From assembly GCA_028698375.1 (NCBI GenBank), contig JAQVDI010000001.1:1-31663 (forward strand): a DNA stretch of 31,663 nucleotides. The letters are read 5' to 3'. The notes under the pieces are model-generated. The model saw only the letters and a program-made list of their open reading frames with translations. It was not told the origin of the DNA and searched no databases. How positions within the stretch are numbered: position 1 is the stretch's first letter; the number at the start of each line of letters is the position of its first letter. This document shows positions 13,995-23,361 of this stretch, piece by piece. Both the position numbers and the translations under genes were made by a program. Source of the stretch: Patescibacteria group bacterium. GTDB taxonomy: Bacteria; Patescibacteriota; UBA1384; JAGGWG01.

Positions 13995-15920
13995 TTATGA
14001 ATTAGAAAATTTTGCTGATCCACTTGTTGGCTCAGGAAGAGGCAATAAATGGGGAAATGTTTTTAAAACATCAGGATATTCCACACCTTGGACTTTACCT
14101 TTTTGCCTTTTGGCTTCTGCTTCTTGCGGTGAAATTAAAATATTAGGTGCCAAAGCTTTAGGCGGATATTTTTTTAAATCTTCTTCAGTAATATTATACA
14201 CTAAAATTGAGTTTCCAATAATAGTAATGGGGTCAAATTTTTCTAACCAGGAATAATCCCACTTTCCTTCTTGGACACCAGCTAATTTTGAAAATTGAAA
14301 ATAAGTTGCAGAAATAGCAAACCACCCGGTTGATGGCCCTTGATCCGAATGCCAATCAATAATTTTGTCATTATCAATATAATAATTAGGTATACTACCA
14401 CCGAAATAATCAATTCTAATTTTTTCAATTTGATTATCGTCAATAAATGTAGCTAGTCGTTTTAAATCTTGTCCCCAGTCTAAATTAGAGTCAACCAAAA
14501 AATTATGTTTTGCTTTACCCCAAGTAAGCTCATTAAAATAAGCTAAATAGAAAGGATAAACTAAAATTGAGGTTAAAATATACCAACCCAAAAAAATCAA
14601 ACTCAAAAATTTGAAAACAACCCTTGTTGGTAAATTAATTTTTCCAAAATCAAAATTAAACAAAGGATAAACAGAACGACCGATAAACAAGAAAAGGAAA
14701 GGAATTGTGGGAATTAAATGACGAACACCGATATTCAAAGAACCAGCCAAAGTAACCAACCAATAAACAGCAAAAGGCACGAAAATATAATAGAGTTGCC
14801 ACTTATCTTGCTTGCCCCAAAAACCAAAACGCAGCAGTAAAACAAGCCCCAAGATTACCAAACCATGAAGTACCAAAGGTGTTTTAAGCAACCAAGCAAC
14901 TGGAAAATACCACTTAATTCCTTTATCGGAAAAATGATCTAAAATATAAGTATTATTACCACCACCAGCTCTACCAAAAACTAAGAATAGCCCTAAAGTA
15001 TAATGGCCAAGAGGACGCGTAATTTTATTTCCTTCTAATTTATAAAGAAAATTACGAAAAGGCGCTGTACGATTATCTGTGGTCAAATTTTTATCAATCA
15101 CTTGATGCTCGACTTCTTTACTCATATTCCAAGTAAAAGGAAGGTAAATAAGCCAGATTGTGAACAAGCCAATTAAAAGAATCCAAAAAGATTTACCAAA
15201 ACGAGGCCAAAAAGTTTGAAAAAAACCTTGGTTTTCTCGCCATGTTATTACCCAACCAACTAAAATTAAAAATAAAATCGGAATTAATAAAAAACAAGAA
15301 AATTTAAGTGTTTGCGCCACTCCAAATAAAACTCCGGCTAAAACCAAATTGGCCCAACTTGATTTTTGTAAAAAACGGACATAACTCCAAATCGCGATCA
15401 CAAAACCTAAAGCAGCCGCTACATCTGTAGTAACTAAATGACCGTGGGCCAAGAATTCAGGTGAAAAAGCGAAAAGAGCTAAAACAAATAAAGCAACTTT
15501 ACGACCATATAAAGATTTAGCCCAGAAAAATAAAAATAAAGCTAAAACAATAGTTAAAAAAATAATAGGCAAACGCGACCAAAATAAAACTTGATCCGCA
15601 TTATTACCTAATTTATAAATAAAATTCCAACCCGCTTCCCACTGATTAATTTGCTGCCAACTCCAATTATCATAAAAATTATTTAGACTCATGAATTGCA
15701 AAGGAACGCCAGAAAGCGCTTTTGCTAATGGCGGGTGTTCAGGATTAAGCCGAAAATCTAAAGCATTATTATAAGAGTAACCGGCCGGAATATGAGCCAC
15801 TTCATCGGTCGTGCCACTGTCACCCAGTGCAAGATTGACCATAATAAAGGTCATAACCCCCAATAACAATATCACTAGAATCGCCGTAATCGCTTTTTTA
15901 TATTTTTGTAAAAAATTCAT
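13995..15920 (-). CDS. GT-C membrane glycosyltransferase (ArnT/PMT-like, GT39/83-type)
   Basis: TTDEVAH, NPEHPPLAK, multiple TM segments, DSNLDWGQDL. The ATG at 15920 avoids overlap with gtrA. Confidence 0.85.
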   Translation of the reverse strand: MNFLQKYKKAITAILVILLLGVMTFIMVNLALGDSGTTDEVAHIPAGYSYNNALDFRLNPEHPPLAKALSGVPLQFMSLNNFYDNWSWQQINQWEAGWNFIYKLGNNADQVLFWSRLPIIFLTIVLALFLFFWAKSLYGRKVALFVLALFAFSPEFLAHGHLVTTDVAAALGFVIAIWSYVRFLQKSSWANLVLAGVLFGVAQTLKFSCFLLIPILFLILVGWVITWRENQGFFQTFWPRFGKSFWILLIGLFTIWLIYLPFTWNMSKEVEHQVIDKNLTTDNRTAPFRNFLYKLEGNKITRPLGHYTLGLFLVFGRAGGGNNTYILDHFSDKGIKWYFPVAWLLKTPLVLHGLVILGLVLLLRFGFWGKQDKWQLYYIFVPFAVYWLVTLAGSLNIGVRHLIPTIPFLFLFIGRSVYPLFNFDFGKINLPTRVVFKFLSLIFLGWYILTSILVYPFYLAYFNELTWGKAKHNFLVDSNLDWGQDLKRLATFIDDNQIEKIRIDYFGGSIPNYYIDNDKIIDWHSDQGPSTGWFAISATYFQFSKLAGVQEGKWDYSWLEKFDPITIIGNSILVYNITEEDLKKYPPKALAPNILISPQEAEAKRQKGKVQGVEYPDVLKTFPHLLPLPEPTSGSAKFSNS

Positions 15921-15927
15921 ATAATAT

Positions 15928-16377
15928 TTATTTTTTATCCTGACGATAAGTCCAAAGTTTGTTAATCGCAAAATTCCAGACCATCACAATGGCGCTGGCT
16001 AAAGCTAAAGCAAAAAGTTGTTGTAGACGATTAGTGCCAGCAAATAGATATGAACGCGCCAAAGTAAATGCCCAAAGGTTTAAACCAAAACCAATTAAAC
16101 TTACAACCATAAATTTCACATAAAATTCACTGCCAGCGGCAACTTTGTTTTCACTCTGGTTCATACCACTTTTAAATTCGCGGCGGAAAGTCCACAAAGA
16201 ATTCCAAATAAAACTATTAGTGGCTGCTAGCACAAAAGAGATCGCTTTGGCCCATGATTCAAAAGTCTGGAAAAAAGGCGCCAAGGTTAACAAAAAAAAG
16301 ACGACCCAATCAACCCCTGTATTAATTACTCCGACCGTAGCAAATTTCGCAAATTGCACTATAATTTTTTTATACAT
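15928..16377 (-). CDS. GtrA-family lipid-linked sugar flippase
   Basis: KFATVGVINTGVD, NSFIWNSLWTF, WNFAINKLWTY. Confidence 0.9.
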   Translation of the reverse strand: MYKKIIVQFAKFATVGVINTGVDWVVFFLLTLAPFFQTFESWAKAISFVLAATNSFIWNSLWTFRREFKSGMNQSENKVAAGSEFYVKFMVVSLIGFGLNLWAFTLARSYLFAGTNRLQQLFALALASAIVMVWNFAINKLWTYRQDKK

Positions 16378-17992
16378 TTTCTCCTTTTGTTAGTTTTTTT
16401 GGCGTCACCCAAAACCCCATGTATCTGCCCGTCAATAAATGCATTTGAGCATCAAGGGCTGGAATCGCTCCAAATATTATACCAGAAATTGGTGTTAAAA
16501 CCCAAGAAATAAAAACCACTACTGTTTGCAGCCGACTCATTTTGGGTGGTCGATTGGGCAAAAGAGAAATCGAAGCCCATCCAGAAATAATCAAACCGAT
16601 CCAAGTCATTGATAACAAAATCTGCGCCAAATAAGGCAAAGAGAAAGATAAAATCGTAGTCTTAAAATACGGACTTAACAAAAAAGGCCACCAAATACCC
16701 AAAGCTAAAATAAGTGCAGCCGAAGCCCAAGAAACTTGACTTTCCAAAAGACGCAAAACCAAACCCCATTTTTTGATAAACGGGATTGTTTTATTCTTTA
16801 AAGACTCTGTTACCAAATAAGGAAAATGCTCCACACCCCAGGCCCAACGCCTTTTTTGCAAATATTGATTTTTAAGTGTTTGCCAAGAATTATCATCATA
16901 AACTGCATCCATATAAACCGGTGTAAACAATGGGATAACCGTATGCTGACCATGATGTTTGAAAAAAACCCGATAATAAGTCCGCGAATCTTCGCTCACA
17001 ATATGCTGATCCCAAAAATCAATTAACACTGCTGTTTTAAAACTCATAGATTGAGAAGAAAAATTAATTAACCGATAAGGCCGAGTTGATTCCATTAATT
17101 GCCAAAAGCTAGAACCAAAAGCCACAACTCTAACAATTGCCGGAACTTGCCAAATATTATTACTATATAAAGGAATTGGCTGATAAGAGTGCCAAATACG
17201 ATCAGGGTGTAATAAATATTTATAAGCAAGAGCAGAAAAATAGCTATGGCTCGGACGAGTGTCTGCGTCAAATATAGAAACAACAACTCGCTCATAATCA
17301 ATTTTGCGGTTGTCAAAATATTTTTTCATTTGAAGACCTGCAAAATGAGCATTAGCACCCTTACCTTTTAGCTCACCCACAATTCCATCAGGATGAGTTG
17401 TAATCAAAAAATCATTAAACACACCAGCAAATTCTTTTTTTAATTTTTTAGCAATAACTTGCGCTTCTTCTCCAGCCCGATCTTCTGTAGCTAACACTAA
17501 AATAATTTGATCATTAGGATAATCAGAATCCGCCACTGCAGCAATTGATTTGTACAAAACGTCAAATGGTTCTTTATACGTAGTGTACAAAACAGCTTGA
17601 TACAAATCTTTAGGTTTGATAATTTTTTTGGGATTTTTTATTAAATCGTCTAAAGTTGCTAATTCATCCTTGAGTATATTTCTTCTAAATGATTTTAATC
17701 TTCTAGTTAAACGAAAAAGCAAATCTTTTTTTAATCTTTTTAAATCATTCAAAGACTCCAACTTATCAACCCAATTCACATGTTTTTCATAATTCATATA
17801 AAAATGAGCGCTGATTAAATGACCACCCATCATAATACTTTTGCTTAACCAATAAAAATCATAAAGAATAATAAAAACTACTAAAGCCGCTGGCCAAACT
17901 AAAGACAGAACAATCGGCATAGAAATAACAACTAAGCTCAAAGTGCCCGGAATAATTTCTAAAAATCTTTCAAACCGAGTTCGTTTCCACAT
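16370..17992 (-). CDS. Membrane GT2 glycosyltransferase (processive-type, QxxRW)
   Basis: GKGAN, FDAD, VSED, QKRRW, N- and C-terminal TM segments. Confidence 0.85.
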   Translation of the reverse strand: MWKRTRFERFLEIIPGTLSLVVISMPIVLSLVWPAALVVFIILYDFYWLSKSIMMGGHLISAHFYMNYEKHVNWVDKLESLNDLKRLKKDLLFRLTRRLKSFRRNILKDELATLDDLIKNPKKIIKPKDLYQAVLYTTYKEPFDVLYKSIAAVADSDYPNDQIILVLATEDRAGEEAQVIAKKLKKEFAGVFNDFLITTHPDGIVGELKGKGANAHFAGLQMKKYFDNRKIDYERVVVSIFDADTRPSHSYFSALAYKYLLHPDRIWHSYQPIPLYSNNIWQVPAIVRVVAFGSSFWQLMESTRPYRLINFSSQSMSFKTAVLIDFWDQHIVSEDSRTYYRVFFKHHGQHTVIPLFTPVYMDAVYDDNSWQTLKNQYLQKRRWAWGVEHFPYLVTESLKNKTIPFIKKWGLVLRLLESQVSWASAALILALGIWWPFLLSPYFKTTILSFSLPYLAQILLSMTWIGLIISGWASISLLPNRPPKMSRLQTVVVFISWVLTPISGIIFGAIPALDAQMHLLTGRYMGFWVTPKKLTKGENV

Positions 17993-17993
17993 T

Positions 17994-18299
17994 TTAGACT
18001 GTTATTAAATAATAACCAACTATAATTAGCTCTAAAAGCACGAGGAAAAAATTAAAAAGAAATAAAAAAGTTTTTAAAAAATAATTTTTAGCAAAAAACC
18101 AAAGTGCCAATAACAAATTCGTCAGGATAAAAATTAAAACAGCAATTGGTAAAATCCAACCGTTATTAGCCCCTAAAAGATTAAAAATAGTAATTCCGCC
18201 TTCAATAATTGAAGTTTGCCAAAAATAAAAAATAAAAAACTGCAAAATTAAAATAACCGCAATTTTTAATTTATCGTAAAAATTGATATTCTTTAACAT
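17994..18299 (-). CDS. Hypothetical membrane protein (3 TM segments)
   Basis: 101 aa, hydrophobic, 1 nt from the next start codon. Confidence 0.65.
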   Translation of the reverse strand: MLKNINFYDKLKIAVILILQFFIFYFWQTSIIEGGITIFNLLGANNGWILPIAVLIFILTNLLLALWFFAKNYFLKTFLFLFNFFLVLLELIIVGYYLITV

Positions 18300-18327
18300 T
18301 ATTTATTAGAATAGCAAATAACTACTA

Positions 18328-18355
18328 AATTTTCAATTATCAATTTACAATTTTC
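18328..18355. repeat. Heptamer tandem repeat (AATTTTC-type, 4 copies)
   Basis: AATTTTC AATTATC AATTTAC AATTTTC in the intergenic gap. Confidence 0.6.
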
Positions 18356-18361
18356 AGAAAA

Positions 18362-19288
18362 TTAGCTTTTTTGTATTTCCTGATAAATTGCATCAATGGC
18401 AATAGCTCCTTCGCTGGCTGCAGTGAGCATTTGATGAAAATGGTTACTGCCGCTACTTGCATCACCAGCACCATAAACCCGATTGTGAGAACTTTTTTGG
18501 TCACAACCCACTTGTAAAAAATCGCGTTTATCTAATTTTAAATTTAAACTTTTGGCTAAATCTGTGTTCGGATCAGCTCCGATTTCTACAAAAACACCAT
18601 CCACAATCAATTCATTTTTACCATTATGAGATTTTTCTAAAATCACTTTTTCTAAAAAATCTTTGCCCACAAATTTCTTTACATTATTATTCAAAATAAT
18701 CTCAACATTTTTTTTAGTTTTTAATTTTTCTTGCCAAAAAGGCATTGCTGTTAATTTGTCCAAATTGTTTAAAAGATAAACTTTTTTCGCCAAATTAGTA
18801 ATAGACAAAGCAGCAGTCACACCAGCATCGCCGCCACCGACAATTAAAACATTTTTATCTTTATAAAAATAACCATCACAAGTAACACAAGAATGCACGC
18901 CTTTTCCAATGAGCTCTTTTTCACCAGACACTCCTAATTTTCTTCTTTTCGTGCCTGTGGCTAAAATTAAAAAATGAGCTTTAAATTCTTTTTGATTTTT
19001 AGTACTAATAACAAAATTGTTTTTCTCTTCCTTAATTTTAACAGCTGAATCGTACTCCCAAGTTGGCTTATAGCTTAAAACTTGCTCTTTTAAACGTTTT
19101 GCCAGATCTAAACCGGTTATTGATTTGAAACCAGGAAAATTCTCCACCACGACAGATTCGGACATAATCCCACCAGGGATTTCTCCAATAATTAGATGCT
19201 CAATTTGATAACGTGAAGCATAAATAGAAGCTGTCAAACCAGCAATACCCGAACCAATAATAGCAATGGGGTATATTTTTTCAACCAT
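18362..19288 (-). CDS. trxB: Thioredoxin-disulfide reductase
   Basis: GSGIAG FAD motif, ENFPGF, CVTCDG redox pair, VGGGD, YGAGD. The ATG at 19288 is preferred over the TTG at 19303. Confidence 0.85.
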   Translation of the reverse strand: MVEKIYPIAIIGSGIAGLTASIYASRYQIEHLIIGEIPGGIMSESVVVENFPGFKSITGLDLAKRLKEQVLSYKPTWEYDSAVKIKEEKNNFVISTKNQKEFKAHFLILATGTKRRKLGVSGEKELIGKGVHSCVTCDGYFYKDKNVLIVGGGDAGVTAALSITNLAKKVYLLNNLDKLTAMPFWQEKLKTKKNVEIILNNNVKKFVGKDFLEKVILEKSHNGKNELIVDGVFVEIGADPNTDLAKSLNLKLDKRDFLQVGCDQKSSHNRVYGAGDASSGSNHFHQMLTAASEGAIAIDAIYQEIQKS

Positions 19289-19303
19289 ACTTACTGTTAT
19301 CAA

Positions 19304-20293
19304 TTAAATAAATTTTAAAATAAAACCTTTGGTTGTTTTTTCTTGCAACCATTCATCAAAACCGCGCTCTTCACTACCTTTAAAATTATCTACCTTAATG
19401 ATTTGCCAACCTAAATCGGTTTTGAACAAAAATAAATCATTCTTTTTAGCGGCCCAAATTTTTTTCTGGAAATCAGCCAAAAGTGTTTTATCTACAGTTT
19501 CTCCCTTTATAATCACTTTATACAAATCATCTTTTTTAAAATAACCCAGATCTCCTGCTTTATCTTTGGTTTTTTTATCAAGAGAATTATCTTTAACAAG
19601 CTTAGCAAAATCATCACCTTTTTTGGCTTGAGCTAAAACTTTATTCGCTTTGTCTTCGCTATCTAATAAAATTTGCGACAACTGCACCTGTTTCACAAGC
19701 TCTTTATCAAAATGATCATTTAATTTTTGCTGCATTAAAGATAAATAAACCAATCGATAAATATCTTTTGGTGTATAGCCATAGTACTGATTTAAAATCT
19801 GTTCAAAGCTTTGCTTGCCACCATTTTCTTCATAAAGCTTGTTAAGGGCATCATTAATATCTTTTACGGGAACAGAAACTCGGTATAAGCCAGCATATTC
19901 TTGAACAATTTTCACTCGGACTAAAAATTCCATTGCCTGCTTTTCTAATAAACCTTCTGCTGGAATAGGCGAACCAGTCTGTTTATAAAACTTCTTTGCT
20001 GGTTGTTCCTCATTAAAAACCTCACCAAATCTAATCGGAAATACATTAACCCAACCAGCAGGATAAGGTACAATTGCAGCAGTTTTTTTAACAAAATCAT
20101 AACGCCAATTAAAAGCATATAAACCAACTCCAACAACAATAATGTAAAGCATTATAACTGCTAAAATTAGCGTAAAACCGACAAAAACAGGAAAATTAAA
20201 GCGACTTTTTTCTTTGGCTTTTTCCATTAAGGCACTACCAATTGTGCTAAAATTAATTTTTCTTTTTGACTCTTGATCAGTTGATTCTTCCAT
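19304..20293 (-). CDS. PrsA/SurA-like foldase (SurA_N + parvulin domain), membrane anchored
   Basis: TM anchor, helical N-domain, GDDFAKLVKDNSLD, GDLGYF, LGWQIIKV. Confidence 0.8.
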   Translation of the reverse strand: MEESTDQESKRKINFSTIGSALMEKAKEKSRFNFPVFVGFTLILAVIMLYIIVVGVGLYAFNWRYDFVKKTAAIVPYPAGWVNVFPIRFGEVFNEEQPAKKFYKQTGSPIPAEGLLEKQAMEFLVRVKIVQEYAGLYRVSVPVKDINDALNKLYEENGGKQSFEQILNQYYGYTPKDIYRLVYLSLMQQKLNDHFDKELVKQVQLSQILLDSEDKANKVLAQAKKGDDFAKLVKDNSLDKKTKDKAGDLGYFKKDDLYKVIIKGETVDKTLLADFQKKIWAAKKNDLFLFKTDLGWQIIKVDNFKGSEERGFDEWLQEKTTKGFILKFI

Positions 20294-20298
20294 TATAA

Positions 20299-21129
20299 TT
20301 ATTTAATTAGTAAAAAAGGCTTAAAAATTAATAAAATCACCACCAATAATACTAACATGATAATAACCAAACGTACAATATCAACTCGACGAATAAATTG
20401 ATAGCGAAAAAATAAATTTAACATTTCTAAAAAGAAATATTGTGCTAAAAGATATATTAAAGCTCCTCCAAAAGGAGGCATACGGTAAAACCCAAAGATA
20501 AACACAAATTGCAATACAACAAACCCAAAAAATAAGCCATAGAAAATTATCTCTTGCAAATGACGGTTACGTGCCCAAAGGCTAAAAGCAATTAAATAAA
20601 AACTAATTAAAAATAAAAAAGAAGAAAAAATTAGATAACGAGTCAAGTCAGTGCCGAAATTAGAAAGATAAAAAATAAAATAATAAGAAACAACAAAAAA
20701 GAGAAAACCAACCCAAAAAATAACAATATCTAGCCAATAATAGGTTACCTCTTCACGCACCTTATAGGGCAACGGGAGCTTAAGACGCGAAGCGAAAAAA
20801 TAATAACTAATGCTTGATAAAAGACCGATACCAAACGAAATAAAATTGAGTGAAAAAATCATACCATAGCCACCAGTGACTAAGATCAGAATAAAAGGTA
20901 AAGAATATTTTGCTAACCTTTTACGCCAACTCTCTTTCTTTTCCAGCCATAGAAAAGAAAAAATCGTAAGCGCTGTCATCACTCCGAAAATAATTGTTTT
21001 AACAAGACTAGAATTAAGAGAAGTTTCCAAAATAAATAAAACGAAAATCAAAAAACTAACTAAGAGCGCTTTGTGCCAGCGCCTTAAATTAAACTTAAAT
21101 CTGGTTCGAGATAAAGTTGTTGTAGTCAA
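20299..21129 (-). CDS. Hypothetical multi-pass membrane protein
   Basis: 276 aa, about 9 hydrophobic segments. TTG start is uncertain. Confidence 0.7.
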   Translation of the reverse strand: MTTTTLSRTRFKFNLRRWHKALLVSFLIFVLFILETSLNSSLVKTIIFGVMTALTIFSFLWLEKKESWRKRLAKYSLPFILILVTGGYGMIFSLNFISFGIGLLSSISYYFFASRLKLPLPYKVREEVTYYWLDIVIFWVGFLFFVVSYYFIFYLSNFGTDLTRYLIFSSFLFLISFYLIAFSLWARNRHLQEIIFYGLFFGFVVLQFVFIFGFYRMPPFGGALIYLLAQYFFLEMLNLFFRYQFIRRVDIVRLVIIMLVLLVVILLIFKPFLLIK

Positions 21130-22465
21130 AATCTTGGCCTAAGATTATCACAAAATCAGCACTTTTGTCCACTCCACAAGACTCATCTGGAACGTTCAAA
21201 AAACGTTTTTTCAAAAGTTGTAAAGTATAAGGCTTCTCACCATCAGAACAATCTAAAATTTTAGTATTCTCTTCTAAATTTTCCGCCCCTTCATAGGTCA
21301 CCTCTTGATAACCACGACCAGTTAATAAATCCGCCACGTCTTTAGCATTACCCGATACTCCACTGGCATTGCTGATTAGAATAGTCGCATTTTCTTTTTC
21401 AATAAATGGTTCAACAAAAATAGAATGAGCTAAAGCTCTTATTGCTTCCCAAGTCTCATCAATTGGTCTTAAAATATATTGACCATCACTGGTATTATCA
21501 TCAACCAACAAGCCAGTAGCTGAATTGTCTAACACTTTTTGGGCAATCTCATTTTCTTTAACATCTTTAGCCAATTCAAAAGTTTTTACTAATTCTTGAG
21601 GGGTTAAATCAGTGCCAAAATTATTTTGTAAATTAGACAATAAAGATGAAACTTTAACAGGGTTAGACCAAAAGCCCAAGCTTAAAATTTTAGCTTTCAG
21701 AGCGGTTAAAACTTTTTGCTGACGTTTGGCACGAGCGAAATCACTGCCTTCCCCATTGCTACCATAACGCGAACGCGAATATTGTAAAGCGCGTTCTCCG
21801 CCCATATGCTCCCAACCAGCATCAAAACTTAAAAATTGATAACCATAATTATTATCTGGATATTGGCTATCAGTAAAACTCTGATCCACATAAATATCAA
21901 CACCACCTACAGAATCAATCAGCTGTCTGAAACCATCAAAATTAATTGTAATATAATAATGAATCGGCAAATCTAAAATTTCGCTCACTGTATTTTTAGC
22001 CAACTCTGGTCCACTATTACCTTCTTCTTTATTATTCTCACCAACTGAATAAGCTGCGTTAATTTTGCTATAGCCATAATCCGGAATTTCTACATAAAGA
22101 TCACGAGGAATTGAAAGCATGGCCACTTTTTTATTGTAAGGGTCAACACTAACAACCATAATTGTATCAGTTAACAAGCCACCCTGATGGCCATTGCCGC
22201 CATAACCCATAACAAGATAATTGATTCTACCATCACCTTCACCGCGCAAACTGTTAGGGTTAACTTTTTTGGCAAAAAATAAAGACTTAAACTTATTAGT
22301 ATTTTTAAAAATGCCTGAAAAAGCATAAGCCGCATAACCAACGCCTCCCAAAAAACAAACAATTAGTAGCGCCGCCACCCATTTAACCACTTTTTGACGG
22401 CGGGTAATATTTTTTTGGATCTTCTTACTTTCATGAGAAGAAAGATGAATTTCTTTTTTGTTCAT
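21095..22465 (-). CDS. LCP (LytR-CpsA-Psr) family protein with LytR_C domain
   Basis: N-terminal TM, LTDTIM, SIPRDLY, KINAAY, YSRSRY, SDFARAKRQQ, C-terminal SNASGVSGNA and VIILGQD. Confidence 0.92.
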   Translation of the reverse strand: MNKKEIHLSSHESKKIQKNITRRQKVVKWVAALLIVCFLGGVGYAAYAFSGIFKNTNKFKSLFFAKKVNPNSLRGEGDGRINYLVMGYGGNGHQGGLLTDTIMVVSVDPYNKKVAMLSIPRDLYVEIPDYGYSKINAAYSVGENNKEEGNSGPELAKNTVSEILDLPIHYYITINFDGFRQLIDSVGGVDIYVDQSFTDSQYPDNNYGYQFLSFDAGWEHMGGERALQYSRSRYGSNGEGSDFARAKRQQKVLTALKAKILSLGFWSNPVKVSSLLSNLQNNFGTDLTPQELVKTFELAKDVKENEIAQKVLDNSATGLLVDDNTSDGQYILRPIDETWEAIRALAHSIFVEPFIEKENATILISNASGVSGNAKDVADLLTGRGYQEVTYEGAENLEENTKILDCSDGEKPYTLQLLKKRFLNVPDESCGVDKSADFVIILGQDFDYNNFISNQI

Positions 22466-22531
22466 AAATCTTTAATAAAATAAAAGGAATAAATAATTAT
22501 ACACAAAACCTAAACATAATAAAACAAAAAA

Positions 22532-22933
22532 TTATTTATGAATAGAGGCTTGACCGGGATACTCGGGGAAAATAAAATCAACAACTGAAATTAAATCTTT
22601 ATTTTTAATAATTTTTGTTTTTAAATCTTGAATGTTATCAGCTTTTACACTAAAAAGCTGCAAATTATTGTTTTTAATTTTTAAGCTATTGGCAATAGCC
22701 GCTTCTAGACGCAAACCAGAAAAACTACCACAACCCTGTTCTATAACTACAGCTTTTAAATTTAAAAGTTGTTTTTGAGAAACAAATTTTTTGAAAATAG
22801 GAAAAAATTCTTCGCTGCCACAAGCAGAAAATTCTAATTGTTTTTTCCAAATATTTAAACCCTGGTCAAATAAACCTAAAAAATTATGGTCGCGATCTAA
22901 AGTAGAAATAATTAAAATTAATTTTGTAGCCAT
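22532..22933 (-). CDS. tsaB: Short TsaB-like protein (t6A pathway)
   Basis: GCGSFSGLR..AAIANSL matches the TsaB GPGSFTGLR motif. Overlaps tsaE. Only 133 aa. Confidence 0.65.
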   Translation of the reverse strand: MATKLILIISTLDRDHNFLGLFDQGLNIWKKQLEFSACGSEEFFPIFKKFVSQKQLLNLKAVVIEQGCGSFSGLRLEAAIANSLKIKNNNLQLFSVKADNIQDLKTKIIKNKDLISVVDFIFPEYPGQASIHK

Positions 22934-23352
22934 TTTCGTAGATTAGAAGACAAACAAACTTTTCTTTTATTCTTATTTTTGGCAGAATCAATTTTGATCT
23001 CGAAATAATTAAGTTTTTCTAAGCGTGGTTTAATTTTTTCGCCCCACTCAACAATACTAACATAATCAGAATTGCCCAAATAATCAGACCATTCAAAGAA
23101 ATCAATTTCTTGGTTTAAAAGCCGATAAAAATCAAAGTGAGCAATTTGAAATAATTTTTTAGTTTTATAAATTTCTAAAATTACAAAAGTTGGACTTTTT
23201 ATCGATTTAGCTCCCAATTTTTCTCCGATAGCCTGAGCCAAAAACGTTTTCCCTGCCGCTAAATCACCGACTAAAATAATAATTTCCCCACCTTCTAATT
23301 TATCAGCAATTTTAATGGCTAAATCACGCATGCCTTTTTTATCTAAAATCAT
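22918..23352 (-). CDS. tsaE: t6A biosynthesis ATPase TsaE
   Basis: GDLAAGKT, SPTF, HFDFYRL, VEWGE. Confidence 0.93.
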   Translation of the reverse strand: MILDKKGMRDLAIKIADKLEGGEIIILVGDLAAGKTFLAQAIGEKLGAKSIKSPTFVILEIYKTKKLFQIAHFDFYRLLNQEIDFFEWSDYLGNSDYVSIVEWGEKIKPRLEKLNYFEIKIDSAKNKNKRKVCLSSNLRKWLQN

Positions 23353-23361
23353 AAAAACAAT

